DNA from: Chlorokybus atmophyticus
Taxonomy: Eukaryota > Plantae > Mesostigma and Chlorokybus algae
Direction: 5' to 3'
Assembly: GCA_009103225.1 (NCBI GenBank)
Contig: RHPI01001559.1
Location: 300,735-364,734, forward strand
DNA length: 64,000 nucleotides
The position numbers were made by a program, and so were the translations under genes. Within the stretch, counting starts at the first letter, position 1, and the number at the start of each line of letters is the position of its first letter. This document shows, one piece after another, positions 49,620 through 60,973 of this stretch. Below the pieces are notes generated by a model. It did not search any database. It worked only from the letters and a program-made list of their open reading frames with translations, and was not told the origin of the DNA.

Positions 49620-52600
49620 GACTGGGCTCCGGTCTAGCCATAGGCAGCATGTTCACAATGGTTGTCTTCAGTTTGCAGTCATGCATGTTTGGGTATTCAA
49701 TTCTGGACAGCACTGCTGCATGTACGAGCTCGCTGAATTGGTTGAAAGCTGCCTGCTCTTGCGGAGTTTGGTCTGTGACAAACGCAGGATCTGAACGCGG
49801 TGATCGTCCCTGAGTGCCAACAGAGGGCGCTGGCATGACCGGAACTGCAGGTGCCCTCAATCCACCCTCACCTAATGTTCGCCAGCGCACATGCTGTTGG
49901 CAGGCAAAGGTTAGCACTCCCCATCCAGAGCTTAGCACAGGTAGCACTTGTTGCACATGCCTGCAGGCAGTGCATGCTGTACATAGAGGTCGCTCACCGG
50001 CACTGTGGCTGGGTATGCTGGTAGCTGGATATTGCATGCAGGCTGTGGCACAACGGCTTGTGTCGTGGTGCAATGCAAGTCAGCGTCTCCTCTCCCGTTA
50101 AACCGTAAGGAGTGCCCGGTTTTGCAGTCCCAGTTGTCCACGGTCGCAACCACAAAATTGCCGATGTTGATGTCCACAGGCGCGGGAGTGTTGAGGACAA
50201 CCTTTACACGAGCAGAGATGTGCCTGCGCGTACAACCACGATGAGTTCGCTCACCTCTTGCAGCCGATAAGTGCATGTTGCTGTTGCTCACCTGTTTAGA
50301 GTAGGCTTGCTGACACATGCTGCAAACTGATTTAGCACTGTTTGCAGCGACGAGAACCTACTCATAGAGTCCACTGCGTCCGCAAGCGCTACATGCACTT
50401 TGGAGTACGCCCTGTTGTTGCGCATGTACAGCGCGCAAGCAAACAGGTACGCTGTCTGCACTTGCATGTCGTGCAGTCTTGGGTTGGTTGAGTCGTTGAT
50501 GTCAACTCCAGTGTCACGCAGATTCTTTTGCATGCTGCGCATGCCAGTAAGGGCACCGAACAACTTGCTCAGTTCTGGGTTGCTTGGACGCAAGTCCTCA
50601 ATCACCTCCAACGTCCGCAGGTCAGGTACGCTGCGCGCATTGATCTTGGCGCGCTGACGAGCTTCTTCTATCATCAGTCTAGCCAGCCATGCCAGCTGTG
50701 TGTCCGTGAGTGCATTATCTTGGGCAGAGGTGGACGATGCAGTCTCTGAACCCTGGCTGGCGTCAGCAATGGTTGAAGAGCTCTGCATGCGTCGCAGCAG
50801 ACAGTGAATGGGGTCGGACCATGAAGCCAGGAGCAGGTTGCCAAGCCGTGGACTAGTGGTATGTACTTGCAGAAGATTGCCTAATGCCCGCTTCAGAACA
50901 TTTAGCAAATTGCGATTGTCAACTCTGAATTGTGTGGCAACCTCTGGCAGGAGCAGACACGCATCCATTTCCCTGAGTTCGCGCCAGACATGCTTGCCTG
51001 CTGCGATCAGCGGCCCATCTCCTACGAACGAGGCTTCGCAGGAGTCCCAAGCGACTAGCTGCTCGGCAGACCGTCTGGGGGAAGGCTGGCGAGAGGAGCC
51101 AGGACTACGGTTGTTGCTCTCCCCGCCTCCACCGCTTGCACTGTTTCTCAACTCCTGCACCAAAGCCTCAAAGGCATCTACGTCTGCCATGGCAGCAGCT
51201 AGACTTTGCTCTGCTTGGGCCCTGCCCCGCTTAGCTTCATCTGCCACAGCCTGCAGCTTGGCGTAGTGCGCGTCCCAACACTCCAAGTCTGCCAATGCAT
51301 TGCCCAGACTTGACTTCAGCTGGTCACACTCCAAGCGCGCTACTGAAAGGTCAGTCCGCGCCTGCCTTTCTTTGCGTTCACATTCCTGCCAGTTGCATCA
51401 TGTAAGGTAACTAACAAGTGCTTCTTACACCACGTACATCCCGACAGGTGACCTGCTGTCTTTGTTGCCAAGTGCGTTTCTCCGCCTGCCAGTCCAGCTC
51501 GGCCTGGGTATGCTCACTACACATGTCCATATACTGTCTCCGGGCTTCAGCACAATTGCTTGAGATTGCTGCCTCCGCAGCAGAGGCCTCGCTCATTTTC
51601 CTCCGATAATAATTCACGGTAGACTCCAACTCCTAAACACCACTGCTTGTACACATACTATGGCTAGACATACTTGCCCCCCACCCCCCCACCCACACCA
51701 TGCAGTCATAGCTTGAACCACACATGGAACGCTGGCATACCAACACATTACCTTACACATCGAATGCAGTGCCTGGTTCTCTGTGCGCAACTTGTCAACT
51801 GCCTCCAATCCAACTTCACTGCAATGGCCCTAGTTGACCACATTGCACATTTGTTGGGACATAGTTGCACACAGTGCACACCACACTTACACCGTGCTTG
51901 TTGCGCGCACAACGCACAGCATTGGTGCGCAACAACTCAACAATTACAAATGCAATAGCAACACGTTTGCCACAAATGCGCTATATGCACATGTCACACG
52001 CACATGTCACATTACACATATGCACGGGTAAACACTCAACCACGATACTTGTGCACTCGAGCACACACATGAGATGCACTCGTGTGTTGCACTTGCATGA
52101 ACACAAGAGCACACCTCATTAGCAGCAGCTTCGAATTGGCGCCTAACGTGATTGAACTGCATCTGCTCACCTTCGTGCTCCAATTCACACCGATTGTCCG
52201 CATCTATATGTCGACAATGCGGAGAATTCAACATGTGATGCATAGAATATCATAAACACTATAAAGGAAGCTGTAGCCTTAAGTATTGCTCTACCTATAC
52301 TAAATTGGGAACCTCCTATTATATGGCAGCGGACCTGCATTGGCTGCAGCGCTAGGAGCTACAAATGGGCGTAATACACCGATGCTTGGACCCTTGCCAG
52401 GTCCATGGCGCTGAGGTTGTGCACCAGATGCCTTGCCTAAGCTGCTGACTCCAGGAACACTCTGATGGATAATAGATCCAACAGAGCGGGCTGCAGACGG
52501 AACAGGCACAAACTCCCCCTAACATGCCAGCACTACAATCACTTACACGCACTGTCAAACACAAGTGGCTTTGCGAAGGCACACAACTCATCGAAGGTGT

Positions 52601-53867
52601 CTGCATGTACATGGTCTGCGTCTCTGCCACTTGAGGAGGCAGAGCATACTCTGACTCTTCAGCCATGAAAGACTGAGAACCAGCACCATCATCCGACGAC
52701 AAAGGCTCTGCTGCAGGACAACTAGCGGCGCGAGATGGGGGGGGCAGAGGTACTGGTTCTGGCACGCGCTCTGGCGCAGGCAACGCGGGCAAGGGCACAG
52801 CCACAACAATGGCATCATCAACAAACTTGCCCTGCACAGAAGAATATCAGCTGCATCAACCCATTATGCTTGCGTGCACTAGCATTATATCACTCACCGG
52901 CACTATCTTCATGGTATCATCCGCTATGTTATGCGAGAACATAACCCCCTTAGTCAATGCGTGCAGCTGGACGAGGTACAACGACATGGTCTCATGCAGC
53001 TCACAGTCACGCCTCACAGCACCTCACATCAGGTCCATCCGAGCACGGCTCTTCGTAACCGACTGCTTCTGAGCGGTGGCATGAGCCTTGCGCTTCGCAA
53101 GCTCCTCGGGGGTCAGTGCAGACTTTCGCTTGGCCCTCTTTTTCGCAGGCGTCGAGCTCGCCGCTTGCTCCATCTGATCAGCTGATGGCACCACGATGTC
53201 CAGCTGCTGACTACACCCGCCCCGCCCCACATCTCCATCATGACCATCGCCGTCCATCCCGCCGCCACACTTGGCGCCAAAACTTCAAAACAACATGCGC
53301 TAGCAAGCATGCCTGTTGCCAAAACGCATGTCATTACTGACTCGAGTACCGATTGGACCAGCAGAGATAACGCAACACGCATTACTGCATATCGCCTCTC
53401 AAAATCATCGACGACATGCGAAACCAAAACATCTGTCACTCGAGCGTCACGCAAGTGATCTATACAGTCACAACACTCGAGCTAAGTGGTGAGCGATCCA
53501 GACCGATCACTGCACCCTCGATCGCACGACTATCCCGAAACCAGAGAGAATTCCCAACTGTGCTTTCCGCCTGGTCACTTTATAAGTGCCATCATCGATG
53601 GGTCGCGACTTGCCTAATGGCAGTCGCGCCGAAGTTCGGCGGCCGAACTGACCAGTTCAGTCGGCGCGGCAGGGCGCGACCTGCCTATTGCGGCGACGCG
53701 ACCTGTGGGGCCGGCAGCGGCGCGCTATGCGCGCGCTGACCGGTATGGGCCTAAATTAGCCGGTCCTTGGCTGTGGGGCCGGTGACCGACCCTAACAAAC
53801 CCCTTCGGTAATTCCCCAGCTGACCGGGCAGCTGCCGAGGACGTCAGCGTTCTAAAGTGGGGGGGAA

Positions 53868-53946
53868 TGTAACGGGAAGGTACATTAAATTACCACAAAT
53901 CGACCACAAAAGCACCAAGTCTTTTGTGGTCGAGTGGGCTGTGACA
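53868..53946 (+). repeat. TRIM 3' LTR
   Basis: Preceded by the PPT and followed by TSD TCCAT. Contains a perfect 13-bp stem (53900-53912 with 53921-53933). Confidence 0.93.
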
Positions 53947-54461
53947 TCCATGCTAAAATCGCAGCATTAGAAGAGGTAAGAATTCTTACCTCGTCACGCA
54001 TCCGATGGCATCGGCATTATCATCATGTAAGTTACAGTCACCTACTCACATAATGCTTGTCACTAAACGCACGGACGTGGCTGCGCATTGCAAAGTACGG
54101 ATAACTGCAGTGTTGTGACACCCCCTTGCATGCGTGCAATATCACTTCAGAGTTCTGTACCACACACCAACCGCAGTTTTGTATACTGTTCCCCGCACAC
54201 ACGCGCTCACACGTTGCATTGCATATCTTGTATTCATCGCACTCAGATATGTTGCTTGACTTTTTTGTCCACAGCCCCATACATACAAACAGGCAGCTAC
54301 CAGAGTCATCCACAGTCCAACACATGCCCCTACACCACCACATTGGCTGCTAACACAGCACCAGCTGCAGCATGACAGCGCCTGAGCGGGGGAGAGGGAC
54401 ACCGAGTGTACAATAAATGCCAAACGCAAATGCCATGCATTTGACCACATGGGTCCTGCAG

Positions 54462-55075
54462 CCCGTGCCAGTACTGGCACAAACCCGTGCCAGTACTGGC
54501 ACAAAAACCCCGTGCTAGTACTGGCAACCTGTATAAGACCCATGCCAGTACTGGCATAAACTATGCCATTACTGGTTTATGAATTATAGACCTGTAATGG
54601 CACAAGTACTGTGCCGGCAATGGCACAGACGTCTTCACTGGCACAAAGTTGGTGCCAGTACTGATCGTGAATGGCTAACAAACCCAGCATTGGCACAACC
54701 ATCTCACTCAGCACTGGCTTAAACTATTTTAACCCCAGGGCTGGTCTTAAACCGTGTATGCCAGCATTGATACAACTTGTCAAAGACCAGCACCAGTTGC
54801 AGACCGCGTTTTCCAGCACTGGCACAACCTACATGCTTGCATATACTGGAAAGACCTGCTCACAAACCTTCAAGTCCCAAAAGACTCAGTACTGGCTTAA
54901 GCCCTCTGACACCGGTGCCGGTCATAGACCGTGCTTGCCAGTGTTGGTAAACCTGGTTTAAGACCAGCAACGGTTGCAACCTAAGTTTCCCAGCAATGGC
55001 ACAAGCTACATGCGTTCCTATACTGGAAAGACATGCTCGTAAACCTCCAAAACCCAAAAGACTCAGAACCAGCAA
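54462..55075. repeat. Subterminal repeats: GTGCCAGTACTGGCAC palindromes and a diverged ~110-bp duplication (178-bp offset)
   Basis: Perfect 16-bp palindrome at 54465-54480 and 54487-54502, with variants up to about 54663. Region 54783-54892 resembles 54961-55070. Confidence 0.85.
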
Positions 55076-55900
55076 CGTTAGATAGTTATACATGCCATTA
55101 CTGGCTTACAAACTCGAGAGCACTGCAATTCGGAACTCAGGAAGCTCCCGCAGGCTAGACCCGCAGGCTAGACCAGGCCAGACCAGGCTAGACCAGGAGG
55201 CGGCTGCGGCTACTGCTGCAACCAGCAAACCCATTGGCGGAAGCTTGCAGGACCTCAAGGTCTTTGGGTGGAACGGTTCTGGAGCTGGAGAAACACTGTT
55301 ACAGCTGCCAAACAGCTGCCAATGCTTCACAACCTACCGGTGTAGCACCGGGGCTGCAGACCCGGTGTTAGAACTTGCAAGGTTGCAGACGGCTGAACTG
55401 CTTGTTTGGTCAACATAAGCTTAGAATGCCCCAAAACCACTGCAAAAGCGTGTATTGAAAGCTATGCAACCAATGCCCCAGCTGTCATCCAGCATCCCAA
55501 GCTTTCCAAGCTGATAAGCCGCTGTTGCATGCTCAGGGGTTGCTCACCAGGGTTAAGCCGGTCTAAGACCTGGTCTTTTGGTTGAAGCAGCGGGCTGGCC
55601 GGCTAAAACACCCGCAGCAAGCCAACTCCAGCTTTCCAGGTACGTCTATGCAAACTCTGATGAAGTTCGTTTTGATCCAGTCTTGTGGTTGTATTTTAGC
55701 TCTGGGTGGAATTCTTTCGCTTAGCCATGCATTGTTGCGCCTGTGCAAGTTTCCTCCAACCACCTGTCCGTTAGTAACTATAGTCTTGAATTAGCTCCTT
55801 GTCAAATGCCTAGCTAGTCCAAGCCAGCCAGGTCTTTCAGCTGCTATGGCTGCCTGTTGACAGTATCAAGCTAACATGCTCTTTCGTTTCTCCTAGTTCC

Positions 55901-58900
55901 ATGGCTAGTCGCATTGCACAGCTGGACGCTATCGGCCGCCGCAATGCATTCAATGAGGCAGTTGCTTTACTCCAAGTGCCGGTCCATAAAGCATTTAGAC
56001 GTACGCAAGCAAAGTTCAAATAGCAGCAAAGACAGCCTGCATTCCAGCCGCGTGACAGTCAGCAGACTACCTTGAATGCAAGTCAGCACCAAAACCCATT
56101 GCAGTCCATTCCAAACATTGCGGAAGAGCAGCCGCGGCCAAACCACCAGCAAGAAAACCAAGACAATCCGCAACTTCTACCAGCCTCGCAAGACCTCTTA
56201 CATGACCAGCATCACCACAACCTTGAGACACCAGAACATCCAATCCACACGCAAGACCCGCTGGGAGATTCTCTTCTTGCCAGTTCACTGAACGGCATTC
56301 GTGACACTCCTGAGCTGCCATGTGACCAACCTCCACAACCCTCACCTGAACCAAAGGAGTTGCCTACACATCTGCAAGCAACGTTAGAACCATTGGTCCA
56401 GCCCAATGAAGACCCGGTTGCAGACCCACAGCTGTCTACATCTCTCAGATCCTGTCCATGCTCCAAGTGCAACAATGAGGTGACTTACAGATCTTTTTGA
56501 CCATGGCAGTCTTGTCTTTTGGTGGTTTTGATGGTTTAGGGCTTTCGTTGGCAGCGTGTTTGGCTAGATCCTAAGCTTTTCTGTCACAGGTGCTGCAGAG
56601 GAACTCAGTAATCCAACTCCACTTGCACAAAGACCGCGTGCTTCAGCAGTTCCGGGCCATTCCCAAAGTTGTGTCACCTGCTGTAGCACCAGCAGAGAGT
56701 GACCCACTTACCGAGCACCCGAGAAGTCTTACATGGACAAGTACCTAGACATCATGACCATTGCCGACGAGGGCGGTATGTCGAAAGACTGCATCAACAA
56801 GTTGCTGGCCTGTCTGTTCAAGGGCGATGACTCTCTTCTCAGTATGGCCACCAAGAAGACCTTTAGTCCGGAATCAGAGGGTTGCAAGCTACCAACATCC
56901 TGCAAAACTGCCACCAGCCTGTTCAATCGCATGGGTATGCCAGTGCCTTTGCACTACTCCGTTTGCAAGGACTGCTCTTACCTCTTCAGCAAGCCATACC
57001 CGAGAGACTTTGGCGATGACGTTACCGAAGAGTCCTCTACTTGGCGTCAGCGTGAGAAGTTACGCAAGACAATGCAGCAAGAGAAGTGTCCTTGTGGTAA
57101 CCTGCGCAAGGACTGCGTGAGCTACTACTACCTACCTCTCAAGGCTAGACTGCAACTGATGTTTCGTTGCCCTACCATCTGCTACGACTGGTTGCAATCA
57201 TGGCGCGAATGCGACAGATGGCTTGATAAAGACCCTGCAGTTCCTCCTGCAGCGCAGCAAGAGGCTTGGGATGGCTCCCGCTGGCGAGAGCTTTCGCACT
57301 TTTGGAACCCAGACAAGTCCTTTTGGCTGCCTGTCAGATGTGAGTTCTGTGGAACAATTCATCGTCCTGGACACCATTTTGCTGAGACAAAAGATGGGTA
57401 TGCATGGGTCTTCAAGTGTCGCAACGCCCAGTGCCAGCAGATGACCTCTGCTCTCAGGCAGAAAGCCTCCGGAGACCCGAGGAATCTGGCTTTTATTGCC
57501 CATTGGGATGGCTTCAGCACTGCCACAACCACCAAGCGAGGCACCCTCATGATCAATGTTGCAGTCTTAAACGGTGGAAAGCTCTTAAGCACGCAAACCT
57601 CCTCGCTGCTGCCAGTGGGTTTTGTGCCAAAAGACCAGATACCTAATGGGATTAACAACACGGACCCGTTCTTGGAACCCCTGGTGACTGAGTTAGAGTC
57701 CCTTTACATCGAAGGGTTTGGCACAGAGTACGGACTTGCTACTTCCGATGTCGCGGACAACCTGCATCAACAAGCAGCAGGTACACCCAGCAGCCTGCTT
57801 GACCAAATGACAGATTAACGTGTCTTAGACTCGTCCTAGAACGTTTTAGACCCTGTCCTAGGACTTGAGACTTGTCCTAGAACCCAACTCCCATGTACAT
57901 TGCAGGAAGCACTACAAAGTTGCGTGCTATGCTGCTGCTGTGGGCTGGAGATCATCCTGCCCAATGCCAAGTGCTGAAGATGAAGGATGGTGGCATCTGT
58001 GCCTGTCGGCGCTGCTGGTTGGTTGGTGAGCCACACCAAGTAGCTCTGAAACCCAAGGTGCATGAAGCTCAAGGTGCAGAGCCTGCCAGCACCTCACGCA
58101 GGTCCAAAAAGAACAAGAAAGGTCGCAAGGCATCTAGTAAAAAGGCAAGCAAGCCCCGACAAGCTGCAAAACCCAAAAAAGACACCATGACACGGTACAA
58201 GTATGGCAGCAACTGGAGGCTCTCCAGACATCCTTTTGCTGAGCGTACAGCAGAACAGACCTTGACGAACATTCAGGAGTTGGAGTCTGCGCCAAAAACA
58301 AAAGTAAAAGAGCTATCCCAAAAACTTGGGGTCACCGGCAGGAGCCAGCTCTGGCGACTTTATGACCTGTACGGCTTTGATCCTCTGAAGGATCTAGTCT
58401 ACGATGTCATGCACACACTTTGCGAAGGCCTTGCAAAGGGTCTGTGCGCAGCGACACTTTCCAAGGGAGGAGAAGAGCGCGTTGCTCAGCTAGAACTTGT
58501 GGAGGCACGCTTAAAGGACTTCATGGCTGCAAGAACCAAGGAGATGCGGTCTGGACGTTTTCCGAGCGGTGTCACGGATCGGCTTGGATTCTGGAAGGCT
58601 GAGGACTACCAAAAGTTTATGCAAGACTGTGCACCCTATGTGCTGACAGATCTCGTGGGCAAAGAGCGTCGCGATGTGTGCATGGCACTGCACAAGATTA
58701 TGCAGTTGTTCTACAGTCATTCTAGGCTGTATGGTTGGACTGCCGACAACCTACGCCTGGCAGACTCGCTCCTCAGGTATTGGAGACTCAACTCCGAGGA
58801 CTGCTTTGGCAGCAACAGCAAACCTTTTGAGCATGTGGCTGGTGCAGGGCACATTCTTGATGATATCCGTCGCCATGGAAGCCACGATGTCTACTGGTGC

Positions 58901-60468
58901 TATGCTTTTGAGCGTTCTGTCTCCGAGCACCTGGAGACATCTACCAACAACAAAGACTACGAGTTTAATTACATTCATCGCTGGGTGCGGCTTTGGTTTG
59001 AAAGACTCATGACTGTTCTCCACGAAGACCAGCGGACTGGAATGGTTTGGGCTAGGCGATGCCAAGTGCAGCTGCGTGCGCATCGCACTTCATGTGGTGG
59101 AGCAGGGTTCTGGTACGAAGCACCGAGCCAAACAAAGGCGTTGCACCTCTAGAAGCTGGCCGAGACGTACCCTCAGCTACCAGAATCTGTTGGCATTCAT
59201 CACAATGGCATCTTGATAGGCCCTAAGGATGGCAGACTTGCGCCCTTGGAGGCTGAACGCTTTGCGTTGGTCCAGAGTGCAATGCGGGTCGATGCGGATC
59301 TGCCAGTGCAGAACCTGGCACACGACTACAAAGCTATCTTGCATGGAGGAGAAATCTACAGGTCAGTCTTTTGGTTTCTGGTCTTGGTGTCAAGCCTGGG
59401 TCTATTCTCTCTGGTCTTGGTGTTAAGCCTAGGTCTATTCTGTCTGGTCTTGGTGTTAAGCCTGGGTCTATTCTGACTAGTCCTGGTGTGAAGCCTGGGT
59501 CTATTCTGACTGGTCTTGGTTGTCATCTTTTGGTTTGTTGAACCTGGGCCCGGTCTTCTCCAGAGACTTGGGCTTAACCTTTGTCCATGTTTTTACTATG
59601 ACCCTAATATCAGTAGTACTGTTGGCGCAGGACCCGTTCCATCACCGGTCTTGACAACGCTTTGACCAATGACAACCTCTTTGTGGCTGTTAACCAAGTG
59701 TTTGTGCACGTCTACAAAGTGCCCAAAGTATTTATTGCGGCAAGCCCCTACGTCATGCACACAAATGCTTCTGGTGCCCTATTTCGAGACAGGGATACCA
59801 GAGCGGCACTTGTGCAATCAGCTGGCAGTCAAGAGATTTGCATACCTGCTCGCAGACTGCTACGCAAGTTTATCCTGCTACCAAAGCGTCGCGAGACACC
59901 GACTACAAGTCATCTGACTGATGATCACCTACTGGCATACGATTATCAAAACCCAGACCTGTATGTGAGGGCTACCGATGTTGATGTGCCCATCTGGCCT
60001 GAACCTGGAGACATTGTTCAGATCAGAAATGAAGCCAAGTCAGTGTGGGACTTCAAGCTGCCAACTGAGGCTGTTGAGGATTATTGTAACCCTTTGCCCA
60101 GCAGCGCAAGCAAACGCAAGCGCAACAGCCAGCGCTCTGAGCGCAAAGGCAAACGGCACAAGATAGTCGAAGACTCCACATCCGGAGAGAGCAGTGAGGA
60201 ATGCTCTGAAGATCCAACTGATCCCGGGCCCTGGTTTGCTGTGGTCAGAGAAGTTGATGAGTCCGGCAAGGATGCTGTGATAGACTACCTAGAGCAAAGG
60301 CAAGGTGGACTGTGGGTTGTCAACCAGAACTACCGAGGAGAGGCAGCAAGCAGCAGGACCATAGCGCGTTTGATGCCTTGGGTCTGCATCAACAAGAGGT
60401 CTTGGCGTGAGACCGCGCGGCAATGTCCATGCATCATGAAGTTTCATAAGTACCATGTGTACTTGTGA
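55901..60468 (+). pseudogene. EnSpm/CACTA transposase (Tnp2 / Transposase_21-like with a DUF4218-like C-terminal part), multi-exon, inactivated
   Basis: CPCSKCNNE...HL, EAWDGSRW, DPRNLAFIAHWDGF, PFLEPLVTELESLYIEGF, LLLWAGDHPA, ACRRC, DVMHTLCEG, FWKAEDY, WCYAFER. In-frame TAG at 56021-56023 and 59150-59152, and a frame change near 56700-56720. Confidence 0.85.
59378..59520. repeat. 33-bp minisatellite (about 4.5 copies) in a transposase intron
   Basis: ctggtcttggtgt(c/t/g)aagcctgggtctattctg repeated. Confidence 0.85.
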
Positions 60469-60973
60469 GACGGAACAATGGCATGGCATGCGGAGACAAT
60501 GAGACAGAGGATGGATTTTACATTAACATTGGGATGGCGGAGACAATGGATTGCAAGGCTGGAGTTTGGTCCAAGCAAAAAAGACAGGTCTAAGCAGAAA
60601 GGACAGGACTAAGCAGCAAAAGACCCGCCGCCTCTGGGTCTAGCCCCGCTGTTCCTGGGGCTAGGACAAAGACTTGTGATTCCAAAGACCAAGGCACAGA
60701 GTTTACACCCACACTATCTACAATGCCACAGCATCCTACCAAGCCAAGTCAAGCCAAGCCAAGCCACAGAGTTTGGGTTTTGCAGTGAGATGCAAGATCA
60801 AGGCACAGAGTTTGAGTTTTGCAAAGCTTTTTTCCAAGCCACCAAGGGGGAGGCAAAGAGTCTATAGTGCTGCTGTAATCCTAGCAAGCCCAAGCCACAC
60901 AAGACCCACAACACACAAATGCTACCAAGTCCAAGCACTATGTACAGTATGTACACTATGCAGGTCCCACTAG

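Larger units (their letters stand above)
39373..53257 (-). pseudogene. Academ transposase-XPG-Cys8 gene (multi-exon), disrupted by the chromovirus and two in-frame stops
   Basis: Motifs in order: LQTVLNQFAACVSKPTLNR, VATVDNWD, SHVVYLPLLPYNP (restored on removing the chromovirus), VAGDQKT, GDWH, FIAIRTANW, ALDEAHE; then SEGMF, HVVFDD, HAEADSR, SPDLD, GSDYTSFIAGISK (PIN/H3TH); MPTVQALRLHCLRA; CGCKKGMCANNQCRCKRAGNACGASCRCTECKN. In-frame TAG at 40847-40849 and TGA at 40337-40339. Confidence 0.82.
38153..53573 (-). mobile_element. AcademX-type DNA transposon (about 8.55 kb without the chromovirus), inserted in the TRIM
   Basis: 21-bp TIRs CAGGCGGAAAGCAGAGTTGGG (38153-38173) and CCCAACTGTGCTTTCCGCCTG (53553-53573), 20/21 match. 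4-bp TSD GTCA at 38149-38152 and 53574-53577. Encodes a DDE-like transposase, an XPG/PIN-like nuclease and a Cys-rich finger. Confidence 0.82.
37981..53946 (+). mobile_element. Non-autonomous TRIM (541 bp when nested inserts are removed) with 79-bp LTRs
   Basis: Direct repeats 37981-38059 and 53868-53946 (76/79 identical, TG...CA). TSD TCCAT at 37976-37980 and 53947-53951. PBS TGGTCATCGGAGC at 38061-38073. PPT AAGTGGGGGGGAA at 53855-53867. Confidence 0.92.

Noticed and set aside
38153-53573. Academ gene as endless cargo captured by a large LARD-type element
   Set aside because: Its own TIRs and a GTCA TSD are present, which shows a normal transposition into a small TRIM.
54061-54065. CACTA pentamer as the element's 5' end
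   Set aside because: It lies 400 bp from the subterminal repeats and no matching TAGTG end with TIR and TSD can be shown in the window.
40847-59152. Nuclear code reassignment (TAA/TAG = Gln) to explain in-frame stops
   Set aside because: Host gene models contain no in-frame TAR, two of them end well at TAA (KxKxx motif, thioesterase), and in-frame TGA stops also occur.
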